Of a stretch of 64,000 nt of DNA, positions 1-11,817 are shown in pieces. Each line of letters starts with the position of its first letter. The stretch's first letter is position 1. The notes under the pieces are model-generated. The model made no database searches and was not told where the DNA came from. It saw only the letters and a program-made list of their open reading frames with translations. Origin of the DNA: Eledone cirrhosa (Eukaryota); contig OZ024741.1 of the NCBI GenBank assembly GCA_964016885.1, forward strand, positions 62,434,001 to 62,498,000, written 5' to 3'. The position numbers were made by a program, and so were the translations under genes.

Positions 1-9
1 AAGCAATAA

Positions 10-190
10 TAGGAGACACTTGTCCAAAATAGCGTGGAGTGAGACTGAGCCCTAAACCTCTTAGTTGCGAATCAAAGTCCTTAACACCACAATAAAGGCC
101 TCTACCTGGCCAAGTACATAGGATGTTGGACTCCCAGTCGTAAGGTCGTGGATTCGATTCTTTGATCAGATTGAGCCTTGTTTTCCTAGA
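10..190. mobile_element. Degenerate tRNA-derived SINE head fragments
   Basis: tRNA-like stretch with a B-box-like GGATTCGATTC at ~150, resembling the head of the SINE at 21747; opposite-orientation remnant at ~10-90. Confidence 0.4.
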
Positions 191-631
191 TACTATCAAT
201 AAAGCAAACAAGCAACACAATGGGGGTCAGTTAATCAGGCCTAAGTGCAAGCTGTAACAACAACTACATGACAGGACAGGGTCCCCTATCATTAAAAGAA
301 ACAAGAACTCACCTATGAGATAGAACTTCATTTGAGGCCAGCTAAACCTGTATAGTTGTGAGTAGTAACAACTACTACATAATAGAACTGGGGTCAATTT
401 TATTAAAACAAACCGAAACCTCTTATCGTAGGCCAGCTAAACAATGATACGCATGAGCTGTAAATATCTAAATATTTATTCTAACTGGGCATTACGTGGA
501 GTCTTCGCTTCTAAGCAAACTTTCAAACAAACGGGGTGGTCACGACTGGAAGTCTGGAAGTCCTTTGATTATAGGTCTGCTCCAACGGGGTTCATTTGAA
601 CTTGAGCTAAACAACAGAAACAACATTAATG

Positions 632-646
632 CTACTACTACTACTT

Positions 647-682
<36 letters not shown>

Positions 683-683
683 T

Positions 684-715
<32 letters not shown>

Positions 716-716
716 G

Positions 717-766
<50 letters not shown>

Positions 767-767
767 T
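632..767 (+). repeat. (ACT)n microsatellite
   Basis: Direct reading; explains the poly-T/V/S/L ORFs. Confidence 0.97.
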
Positions 768-1063
768 TGAACCAGCTGAGCAGAAACATTGGACAACTGT
801 TGCAACAATTGAGATAAAAGAGGGGTTATTTTGTACAAAAAGGTGGGTGAGTGAGGGTGACATGGGTGGGAAGGGGTGTTATCTAGCTGAGTGCCTGTCT
901 GTTCCATTATCAGTCTTACAGATCTTCGTTTAATCATACGATCGTCGCCTACACTCCACCACCCTGCCCTCTCTACCCTTCACCACCACCTATTGACTTT
1001 CCCTTTCCTCTACTTTCTCATCCAGCTCCCCGACACACTCACTATACATACATATACATACAC

Positions 1064-1623
1064 GATGAATTTGTTTTGCGAGGTTTTTTATATGAAATCG
1101 TGTGTCGAAACAGATATTGTTATACTTGGGCGGCGGGGGGGGGTATATTGTAATAGTATTGCTAGAAATAACAGACCACACTCACTGTTTGGCTAGTTTT
1201 CGCTTCTGTATCTTTTATATCTCCATAGTTAATTCATTCAGCAATCAATGTTTATCATTGACTGACCAACGGTCAAAACTACAGATATGAATACACATAT
1301 ATAGTCTAACAAAGTTCTTTCGTTGCACATCTGCAACATCATAATTTCTGAAAAAATGGCGTAGACATACAATACAACAGGAGGAAATATAATAGTACCA
1401 CTGATGGTGTTGCAGATGTGCAACGAAAGAACTTTGTTAGACTATATATAAGTATTTATATTTGTATTTTTGACCGTTGGTCAGTCAATGATAAACATTG
1501 ATTGCCGAATGAATTAACTATGGAGATATAAAAGATACAGAAGCGAAAACCAACCAAACAGTGAGTGTGTTCTGTTATTATTTCTGGCAATATTATTACA
1601 ACAATATAACCCTCCCCAAGTAT

Positions 1624-1630
<7 letters not shown>
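1064..1630 (+). mobile_element. Non-coding HHR element (family A) as fold-back insertion
   Basis: Arms ~1113-1342 and ~1402-1630 are imperfect reverse complements; AAAATGGCG at ~1352; ends CCCTCCCCAAGTATAACAATA next to (TA)n. Confidence 0.75.
1397..1438 (+). ncRNA. Minimal type I hammerhead motif (A9G in this copy)
   Basis: ACCA-CTGATGG-T-GTTGCA(GATG)TGCAAC-GAAA-GAAC-TT-TGTT; the inverted arm reads ATGATGTTGCA, implying consensus CTGATGA. Confidence 0.65.
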
Positions 1631-1695
<65 letters not shown>

Positions 1696-1840
1696 TATAT
1701 TTAAAAGTTAAACAAGGTTCAATGAATAAATCAAAGAATGAGTTTTACAATAGATTGGAAGTACTCAACAGCTTTGGTTTTCCAGAGTTATTAATATTAA
1801 TTCAAAATATTAACAAAATAGATATTCTTGTGATCAAGTA

Positions 1841-1907
1841 TATTTTATTATACATATTTCAGAGGTACTGAGTTAACTTCAACAGTACGTCCTCATCAGA
1901 TAAAATA
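1841..1907 (-). ncRNA. Type I hammerhead ribozyme motif
   Basis: Reverse-complement copy of 3935-4001. Confidence 0.8.
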
Positions 1908-3934
1908 AGATGATGCATGACATACCCTGACATAGTAGATGGTTAAGATTCAGTCATGGTAGTGAGTAATATATGACAAAACTCAATATTTATATACCTT
2001 AATATTGAGAACATGAGAAAAATATATAATACATACAATAGAGAGGGTGCGTGTGAGACAGCTGAAAAAATACTTGACATCAATATAACTGTTAAATAAT
2101 TTAAATTACTGAAGAAAGAGGAAAGAAAAGAAAAGCATAGATGAAGAAACAGATGAGGGGATAATAGTAGGGGCCTAGAAAAGCAAAAGAGAGTTGATTA
2201 CAGAGAGAGAGAGATAAAGAGGAATAACTTATGCTCAAGTCCGTATATACAATATATATCTAAACATATCTGGTTGACCGTTAATATTCAAAATATTTAA
2301 TTTAAGTTAGTTCAGAGTAATGAATAATATTTTAGGTTTTAAAAGTTAATAGGTATCTGTATTAATATTAAAGTATACTATCAAATTTAATTTCTAAAAT
2401 CAAATTTTATGAAATTAAATTTAAAGGATTTACAAACACGAGAAAAAAACATAATGTTTTTACAACCTCACAAAAGTAAACTTTACCAAATTTATCATAC
2501 AATTCTAACTTTACTAATAATGATTGTAATTATTTATTTATTTATTATATGTATATCGTTTCACTAATACCTATAATACTCTCTCTATATATTTGAACAA
2601 ATATGTTTATCTAGTATAATAACATGCTCGTAGTTACGTTTATAAGTAATTTAGATACTTAAATCACTCTCTATTTTTATAAGAGTTAGATATTTCCTTA
2701 ATGTTCGAAATTATATAATGATTATTACTTAATTTAATTTAATTTATTTTTTTTAAATTAAATTTAGATTATATCCGGGTCATTCAAATCCTTAGCTCCT
2801 CTTTCTATCACCTTCGTTGGACATTTTAGAAGTATCTTTTGTCTACTATATAATAAAACCCTCTTGCATTTTAAACTATATTTTTTTAATATTGGGCATT
2901 TTTATGTTTCGCAAACAATTCATTATTTTTTCACTTCTTTTAACTTTTTATTTTTTCACCTTTTATTTTGTATCTAGTCCTTATCCTTAGGACTCATGAA
3001 GTTTTGACTTATATATTTATAGTATATATCTATTAAATGGTCCTTTTACAATAATTGATCTAAAACATTAATTTTTAACAATATTTTCAGTAACTTATTT
3101 ACTATATTGTATTATATTATGTATGTTTGAAAGGTATCATCTTAAATCTTTAGACAATATAATTTTTGTGTATTTTTTTATATAAACACATATATGTAAT
3201 TTAAAATTCAAACCTTTTTAAGTTTAATTATAAGGCCAGTTGATCCTTTAGGCACCCAAATTGTTAATAATAAATTCTTTAAAAATTATAACGGTAATTA
3301 TTTTCTAAATTATATTATATAAACTGTTGCCAATATTATATGATAAATTTGGTAAAGTTTACCTTCGTGAGATTGTAAAAACATTATGTTTTCTTTCTCG
3401 TGTTTGTAAATCCTTTAAATTTGATTTCATAAAATTTGATTTTAGAAATTAAATTTGATAGTATACTTTAATATTAATACAGATACCTATTAACTTTTAA
3501 AACCTAAAATATTATTCATTACTCTGAGCTAACTTAAATTAAATATTTTGAATATTAACGGTCAACCAGATATGTTTAGATATATATTGTATATACGGAT
3601 AATTGTCTAAAGACTTGAACATAAGTTATTCCTCTTTATCTCTCTCTCTGTAATCAACTCTCTTTTGCTTTTCTAGGCCCCTACTAACTATATTATCCCC
3701 TCGTCTGTTTCTTCCTCTATGCTTTTCTTTTCTTTCCTCTTTCTTCAGTAATTTAAATTATTTAACAGTTATATTGATGCCAAGTATTTTTTAAGCTGTC
3801 TCTCACGCACACTCTCTATTTTTTCTCATGTTCTCAATATTAAGGTATATAAATATTGAGTTTTGTCATATATTACTCACTACCATGACTGAATCTTAAC
3901 CATCTACTATGTCAGGGTATGTCATGCATCATCT

Positions 3935-4001
3935 TATTTTATCTGATGAGGACGTACTGTTGAAGTTAACTCAGTACCTCTGAAATATGTATAATAAAAT
4001 A
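3935..4001 (+). ncRNA. Type I hammerhead ribozyme motif
   Basis: Stem I TATTTTAT/ATAAAATA; CTGATGA; stem II GGACGTACTG...CAGTACCTCT; GAAA; near-palindromic stem III TATGTA; AUA site. Confidence 0.8.
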
Positions 4002-5059
4002 TACTTGATCACAAGAATATCTATTTTGTTAATATTTTGAATTAATATATATATATATCATTTATTGGTGCTAGTAATTGGCCGAAACGTATTTAAGTTA
4101 GCGTCGGAACAGTTATACATTTATATAGGGAAGACAGAAGTTGTAATGGAACTTCTGTTCCTCCCCTTCTCCGATATCTACGTTAATATCGTAATACATA
4201 TTCATGGGGTAGGTTCATATGACCAAACAAACCGAGGCATTCCAAGCCCTCAAGGAACGAATTGCATCAGAGTGGAATCTTGCGATATTATGGGAAATGT
4301 CCTGGTTGAAGTTTGGAATGATCGTATGTTACCTATAATTTGTTGCAAACAACAAAAATATTTGAAGTAATTATGTGTCCCTTGTCACAACTGCCAAAAT
4401 GCATAGCAACGACTAGATAGAGTGCACACATGTGTGAACGTGCGCATACAACCCGACCCGTGGGTACATATATAAGTGTCTACGTAAACATTGTTGGTAT
4501 TGTCATATATCGCCAGGACCTCTATCTCAAACCGATAAGATAGTCAATGTATCACATAAAATCTATGGGAATGTGCAAGGTAGTAGGCTAGACTAAATTC
4601 AATTATATTGAGTTAAAATAGGGTCAAATATGTTAGTAAAATAAAAATAGACTAGAATAGAATAAAATAAAACAAAATAACAAAAAATAAATTGGGATGA
4701 TATGAAAGGGAAATAGAAAGTACATACAATAAATTGAATTAAAATAAAATGAAATAAAATAAAATAAAAAAGTGAAGAAAAATAAAGAAAAATGCAGAAA
4801 AGATATATTAAATGTGGAAAGAGGATTAATGCATGTAGTAAGCTGAATTATGTAAGTTAGTTGTCTTTATCTCTTTGTGTCTAAAAATGGTAGCGGATGA
4901 ACTCGGGCCGATGGCTGCGTGGTGAACGCATCAACCTAATCATCGACCTCAGAGAAATATGTTTATTAACACATTGGAATACATTTATGAAGAACTTCTT
5001 ATGGCCTTCGCTATCATTTACTACACACACACACACATGTGTGTATATATATATATATG

Positions 5060-5239
5060 AGGAAAAAATGCGTTCCCTTTACCGGTTTCACAGTTCTTTA
5101 CCGGTTTCACAGTTCTTCTGCTTTTCAAAAGTTGAATTAAGATGCAGGGTTTGCGGTTGCATTTCGATTTCATCTTTTTTCCTTATACTTTCATTCGTGT
5201 AGGACATCTCGTTTTTTTTATTTAAAAACCCCTCATTTT

Positions 5240-5243
<4 letters not shown>
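5060..5243 (-). mobile_element. Short U3-A8 HHR element (family B) copy
   Basis: Homologous to 23584-23941, 47750-47885 and 61270-61563; HHR at 5096-5131 (-) with a 19-bp local duplication. Confidence 0.75.
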
Positions 5244-5306
<63 letters not shown>

Positions 5307-5313
<7 letters not shown>

Positions 5314-6253
5314 TTAGAAACACACAGATACATGCGGACACACACATATATACATGAATGCATCCGCACCCAACTGTGAGTTAAGGGTGCCAACTTCGCC
5401 GATGTTGCTCAATGAATGACTGGGACAGACCAATTCAGTTGAACCAGACTGAACCAGTATCAGAGTTAAAAATTCATTATGAAGAGAGAAGAAACATTTA
5501 GATATAATTAGTAATAAAATGTATCATACCTAAACTGCTCCTAAATTCCTCGACTACGTAGTTTCGTGGCATAAACAAAAACAATATATCATAAAGACAT
5601 AGAGTTTAGGTATGATACATTTTATTACTAATTATATCTAAATGTTTCTTCTCTCTTCATAATGAATTTTTAACTCTGATACTGGTTCAGTCTGGTTCAA
5701 CTGAATTGGTCTGTCCCAGTCATTCATTGAGCAACATCGGTGAAGTTGGCACCCTTAACTCACAGTTGGGTGCGGATGCATTCATGTATATATGTGTGTG
5801 TCCGCATGTATCTGTGTGTTTCTAAATATATTGTTAATAACTCCCTCTGGTCGAGCAATCTTTGAAGTGTGGGGACAGCCGGAAAGCTTCCATGACTCAT
5901 ACTTCTCGCCTTCTTCACCACCTCTTCTACGGCCTCGATATAAATACCCCCTCCGCCTCCGTGGTATTTTCTTCAGGGTTATAAGAGGCTTAGCTCTGTT
6001 TCTCGACCGTTATATCGCGTGACTATCTCCCCCTCCGCCTTTTGGGATTCTTTCTCACGTCGTGTAGACGCGTTCTTGAGACTAGTAAAATGAGGTATCC
6101 TCTTGATAAGTCGGCAGACCTCGCAAGGACTCTATGTCTTTATGATATATTGTTTTTGTTTATGCCACGAAACTACGTAGTCGAGGAATTTAGGAGCAGT
6201 TTAGGTATGATACATTTTATTACTAATTATATCTAAATGTTTCTTCTCTCTTC

Positions 6254-6258
<5 letters not shown>
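5307..6258 (+). mobile_element. 595-bp non-coding HHR unit with terminal direct repeat and 5' inverted arm
   Basis: 5603-5663 = 6198-6258; 5307-5605 is the reverse complement of 6129-6258 continuing into 5664-5832; (TA)n flanks. Confidence 0.85.
6098..6187 (+). ncRNA. Type I hammerhead motif, U3-A8 core variant
   Basis: TCCTC-TTGATAA-GTCGGCA...TGCCAC-GAAA-CTACGTAG-TC-GAGGA; stem III ACTACGTAGT is a perfect palindrome; GUC site. Confidence 0.7.
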
Positions 6259-6292
<34 letters not shown>

Positions 6293-6295
<3 letters not shown>

Positions 6296-6450
6296 TGAAA
6301 AATGGCGTGTTGTGTTGTTGCAAATGTGATATACAAATTAAAATGAAGAATTAGAAATAGGTCTTTAATGCGAAGAAATACCTATGATGGCTAGTAGACC
6401 ACTGATGATGGATAGTCCTGGCTTCTATTTCTAATTCTTCATTTTAATGT
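6293..6450 (+). mobile_element. Truncated family-A-like element with short inverted repeat
   Basis: AAAATGGCG at ~6299; ACCACTGATGATGG half-HHR at ~6398; inverted arms 6337-6360 and 6425-6448. Confidence 0.5.
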
Positions 6451-6451
6451 T

Positions 6452-6491
<40 letters not shown>

Positions 6492-6511
6492 CGTATATAT
6501 GTATATAAATA

Positions 6512-6589
<78 letters not shown>

Positions 6590-6590
<1 letters not shown>

Positions 6591-6845
6591 GGCGTATACA
6601 AAGGAGAGAACAAAGGAGAGGCACAAAAACAAAGAAAAGAATCTCCAGTCACTGAAGAAGTCACAGAATGTGTGACGAAAGAACTTTGACAATATATAAA
6701 CAATCATCTGGTTGTGGAACCAACCAACCAACCGGAAATGTATAAATTCCTAAATATATAAATTTATTATAATAAATTGAAGTGAAAGCAACTGGTGCGT
6801 GTGTTTCTTATTGGCAACATGACCCTCCCAAAGTATAACAATATA
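6590..6845 (+). mobile_element. Family A HHR element (HHR 6648-6690)
   Basis: GTCA-CTGAAGA-A-GTCACA(GAATG)TGTGAC-GAAA-GAAC-TT-TGAC; near-identical to 27354-27660. Confidence 0.8.
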
Positions 6846-6864
6846 TTATTAGACTTCATCACGG

Positions 6865-7920
6865 ATCGGTGTTTTCCACTCATCCCATGATTTTACAAAT
6901 ATCGTATGTTGTAAATACGAATTTGCATATCAGATTGGATACACGGATGTGGATAAACGGATTTGTGTGGGAACACAAATATAAAAAAAAATATAATGTA
7001 CCAAACTGTACAGTTTCATTGCAACGCACTGTGAGCAATTAATGCATTAAGAAAACATCGCGCACAGAAACCATGTGTTATTTCTGGAAAAAATTCCATA
7101 ACGGTGCGAATTATCAACAAAGTTCAGTCCGAAATTATCAACAGAGTTCACTCCTAAATTCTAGCGCAGGAATCTGTCGATAATAGCAGTAGAATCAAAC
7201 TTAACCCACTAGAGGAGTGATAATAGTCTTACGTAGTTGCAGCATCATGAGACCCTCAAAAAAGGATGGTAGTCAGATTCCCTCATTAGAACAAAGCATA
7301 CTGTTGGCGGTTAAATTCAAGCAGCTTGAAAATAACGCCGTAGATCTCAACCAAAGTAGTTATATACGCAACAAAATAGAAGCTCATAAATACCTAGATT
7401 CGAACTAATATAAAAAGATAATGTTTAATTTACAACAAAAGGCATATCCGTTACCGAGGAGAATTAAACATAGTATAACGGGCTAGACAATTAAATTTCG
7501 TCTAGGATCAGCGTTTTCCACTTAATCCGTGATTCTAGAAAAATCGTGTGTTGTAAATACGAATTTGCATATCAGAGTGGACAGAATACGTTACATAGTG
7601 GATAAATGGAATTGTCTGGGATGAAAAAGGTTCCGTGTTCTACAATTTCATCGCAACGCACTGTGAACAATTGATGCATTAGCAAAACATCACGCACAGA
7701 AACCACATGCAATTTCCGAAAACAATTCAAGAAATCTTTGTAGACCGGACCGACGGGGCGAATTATCAACGGAGATTAGTCCTAAATTATAGTGCAGGAA
7801 TCTGTCCATGATACCAGCAGAACCAAACTTTACCCAACTATAAATAGTAATTTTACGTTGTTGCAACATCATGAGACCTTAAAAAAAGGACGGTAGTCAG
7901 ATTCCCTCATTAGAAGAAAG
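6865..7920. repeat. Diverged tandem duplication, ~645 bp period
   Basis: GTTTTCCACT...TGTTGTAAATACGAATTTGCATATCAGA...AGTCAGATTCCCTCATTAGAA occurs at ~6871-7291 and ~7514-7915. Confidence 0.8.
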
Positions 7921-8088
7921 CACACACAGACACACACACATATGTACATAGAGACACACAGACACACACATAAAGTACAAGTGGACAGGTTATAATTTAC
8001 TTCCTTTATTCATTTCATAATCGGTGTTATATATATATTTCAGTGATAACCGTTATGCAACAGTTATGACCTCATCTCTTTCATATAC

Positions 8089-8135
<47 letters not shown>

Positions 8136-8136
<1 letters not shown>

Positions 8137-11100
8137 TAGCAGAAGTACCGGGAGTTGCCCGGGTGTAAGTCGACCTTTGTTCTGTTGTTAAAATGTGTGA
8201 AAGTCACTTCCCGCGCATCACAGGTGCAAAAACCTTCGAGCCTCAAGGAAAAAAAAATAGTGGTTATTAGACGCAGGTGTGAAATTGAGCATAAATAATG
8301 GATCAATTGTAGGTACACAGTGTATCGTTGAAATTGTTCTTTGCACGACTGACGGAAGTCAAATTCACTTGAAATTGAATTTTCAGTTGATTTTTAAAGC
8401 AGGGTGAAAAAGACGATTTTTTCACAGTTTTTTTTTTTTTTACAATTTTGGCCCTCACATGTGCAGAAGAAGAAATAAAAGGGACTTTATCTGAACCGCG
8501 GCATAATGGCGAGTCTTTTGCGACAGTTTTCAAGAAAATCGGAGGACCTGTAAAAAATGTTCCCATGTGCAACTTTGCCTTGTTTTTTGCGCAAAGTTGA
8601 ACCCCCGCTTCAGTTTTATTGATTTTTTACATGAATGCGTGACCTCTGAAGTAGATTTGAGTAGCTAAAAACCTGTCCCGGTAAATTTGCTATAGGTGAA
8701 AAAAAGTTGATCAAAATTGTGTCTAGGGTTATTGCCCTTTGCAACAGCCTCAATGTGTCTTCAAGTATGGTTTGTTAATTTGTTGTGGAACTAAATCGAC
8801 TTTCGTCAAATCGGACCGAGGAAACAATGTTTCCATTTGTCTTTCTAGCTGGTGTACCCGGTTACACTCGGGGTTATAAGGCGCTGGATTTAAACGCTAA
8901 ATTCCAGCAGGATGCTTTAACCGAAATAAATAAAGAACAAATGTTTCTTTTTGTGTTCCAGTCTGTGATATTGGTATTTTGAAAAAATAGTCCCCAAATA
9001 TCCATGGAGCATGTGTAACGCATGTATCAGGTTATGAAAAAAAGGGTTTTCGATTCTCCATTCGTAAGATACACAAAAATTGCACGCAAATAAACCGGGA
9101 TTTTAAGGCACTGTCCAATTCATAGCTGAAAGGTAGGAATCAAGTGGAATAATGTTTTGCGACATTGTCAAATGTACAACCGTACAAAAGCAAAGGATAT
9201 AGCCACTGAAATCTAGGTAGACTAAAGAATTTGGTGGGGTTGTATATCAGGGGATTGTTTTCCTTGTGATTCGCGTCTCGCCTACAAAGTGAAGTTAGAT
9301 TATTGTAGTCGGTGTTGTATCAATAAAAAATAAAAAAGACTGAACACTTACGAATTAAGTGAAAATCACGTTGATATTCCTATCGGAGCAACATGTGCCG
9401 AAAAACCTGACGGACTGTTGTGTCAATATTGAAATCTTAGAAATTACGAATCCCGACCTGATGTAATGGATAAACTTTGGAGGTGAAGAGGAAGGATTGG
9501 TACAATTGTTTTGCTGAACACGTTGACAATTAATTTAAATAGACTTACGCAGCATCATCGTGCGGTTTTGTTGTGTATGACCTAGAATGAAGGCCGGTTA
9601 ACCGCGGCAGAAAAATAAGCCATGCTGATGATGTTTAGGGGCGTCGCAGGTAATAGATGCGGCGTTGTGAGTCAATTGTGAGGACAGTGGAAGGCACGCT
9701 GATCGCTTGAGAAGAAGCGATGCTACACAGGATGCTTCTCGGCCATAATTGACAGAAAGGCATGTCAGGAGAAATGAAAGAGTTGCTATTCATCCTTTGC
9801 TTAGCATGATGAACATGTAATTAAAAAGATTTACCATGGAGTATCCTGCACGTTAGTATTATGTTTAACCTGTGAAAATCGGTGGTCAAATGGGGCAACA
9901 ATAAGCCATGTTGATGACGTTTAAGCGGGTGGCAAGGAATTGATGCAGCATAGATAGCCATGGGAGTCTTGAAGGTGCACGGCGCTCAGGCAAAGAAAGG
10001 GCCGAGGAGGGGATGGTGGCTGACAGTGCATGGATGCGGCATCCTGAGGCATGACGATGCAGTGGGACGACGGCCAGCAGGCAAGGAAGAGGGCAGGAGT
10101 GGACGGTGGCAAGGATGCCGCATGGTGAGCCATGGCAGTCTTGAAGGAGCACTGAGAGCAGGTAAAAGAAAGGGCCGAGGAGGGGATGGCGGCTGACAGA
10201 GCATTGATTCGGCATGGTGATGCATGACGATGCAGTGGGATGACGGTGTGCAGGGAACGGAGAGGGCAGGGGTTGACGGTGGCAGGGATGCGACTTGGAC
10301 CCTCAAGACTGCCATGCCTAGGCAGTGGAAAGGGTCGGGGAGTGGATGGCGGCTAACGGGCGTGGATGCGGCATGCCAATTGAGTTGCACCTCGGGAATG
10401 TAGAGAGTACCGGGAGGCACGATGATTGTTTGAGAAAACCGGGTGCAAGGCAGGAGCACGGCGGGCAGGCAAAAGAAAAGGCTGAGGAGGGGATGGTGGG
10501 CGACAGGACAGTAATTCGGCATGGTGAGGCATGACGATGCAGTGGGACGACGGCGTGCAGGGAAGGGAGAGGGCAGGGATTGACGGTGGCAGGGATGCGG
10601 CTTGGTCAGGCATGGAAGTCTTGAGCTCTCGCGGAGTGTAGGCAATGGAAATGGGCAGGGGTGGACGGTGGCAGGGATTCGGCATGTTGAGCCGCGGCAG
10701 TCCTTAGGGACCACGGAAGATAGGCAAAGGAAAGGGCCGGGGAATGAATTGCGGTTGACAGGGCAGAGATGTACATGGTGATGCACAACGATGCAGTGGG
10801 TCGACGGCGTGCAGGGAAGGGAGCGGGGAGGGCTTGACGGATGCCTACGGTAGTGGGACCACGGGAATGAAGAGAGCGCATGGAGGCTCGATGATCGCTT
10901 GAGAAGACTGAGCGCAATACAGGATGATGCGTGGCGGTATTGTCTTGATAGTCTTTATATAAAAAATGGAAGAATCGGCATAAAAGGTTTGCTGAATATG
11001 GTGAGCGTTAATTTAAAGAGACTTACGTTGGATAATCCTGATAGATTGAACGTTTTTTGCATGGCGGGAATTGCGACAAATGGAAGCAAGAAGAAGGGCG

Positions 11101-11785
11101 TTTTTAGGTTGCCGGATGGTGATGCTCAATGAAGCTGATAGATAACGGCGTGCGCGAAGAGATGCTTTAAGGCTCTGCATGGAGAATTGGCCCCAGGGTA
11201 GAAAATATTGCGCCATTGATAATTAAACTATGAATAATTGTCTGCCCTAACTCTTAAAGGTCTCATTTAACGCATGATTTATGAGTTTAAAAAAACTTTC
11301 TGAATTTTTGCAGCCTTGGAGTAACTCCTAATGGATCTATTATTGTGGTAATATCAAATTTCATTGAAATCAGACGAATTCTGAAAATATAGATTTTTGC
11401 CCACGTTGATCCTCGCATCAAAATACACACCTACGTCAAATTTCATTGGAATCGGAAAAATTTCGTAAATATAGATGTTTGCCTCTGGTGATCCAATTAT
11501 CGATTTTTCGAAAATTTAATGTAGCCCACGTTCATCCCCGGATCAAAATACACACTTGCGTCGAGTTTCATCGAAATCGGACGATTTTTGAAAATATCGA
11601 TTTTTGGCTTCTGGGGGCCCGATTATCTATTTTTGGTTTCTGGGGGCCCGATTATTTCAAGTAGGCTATTCCAATCTACAGGTCGAGTTTTATATATGTG
11701 TCAAGTTTCCTGAAAATCGGATGAACGGTGTAGCCTGCAAGTTCGAGACACCAAACAAACAAACAAACAACGCCCAACTTCACTT

Positions 11786-11790
<5 letters not shown>
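8136..11790 (-). mobile_element. Non-autonomous Helitron (composite)
   Basis: Minus-strand 3' end CCGGG-CAACT-CCCGG hairpin then CTAG|T at 8136-8139; second hairpin plus CTAG at 8845-8874; 5' end runs into (TA)n near a (TTTG)n tract; internal subrepeats at 11370-11660. Confidence 0.7.
9880..10900 (+). repeat. GC-rich degenerate minisatellite inside the Helitron
   Basis: GATGCAGTGGG...GACGG...GAGGGCAGG...GACGGTGGCA recurs at ~10056, 10229, 10536 and 10790. Confidence 0.85.

Positions 11791-11817
<27 letters not shown>

Larger units (their letters stand above)
1794..4049. mobile_element. AT-rich non-autonomous PLE-like insertion with ~700 bp inverted arms
   Basis: 1794-~2499 is the reverse complement of ~3339-4049 with scattered differences; each arm has an HHR; (TA)n on both flanks. 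Confidence 0.8.

Noticed and set aside
2500-3340. Decayed GIY-YIG coding remnant in the AT-rich spacer (also 4160-4560)
   Set aside because: Manual translation gave many stops and no convincing motif; a tBLASTx would be needed.
9886-10917. Overlapping GC-rich ORFs (266 aa and others)
   Set aside because: Open on both strands because of a GC-rich minisatellite; no recognisable domain.
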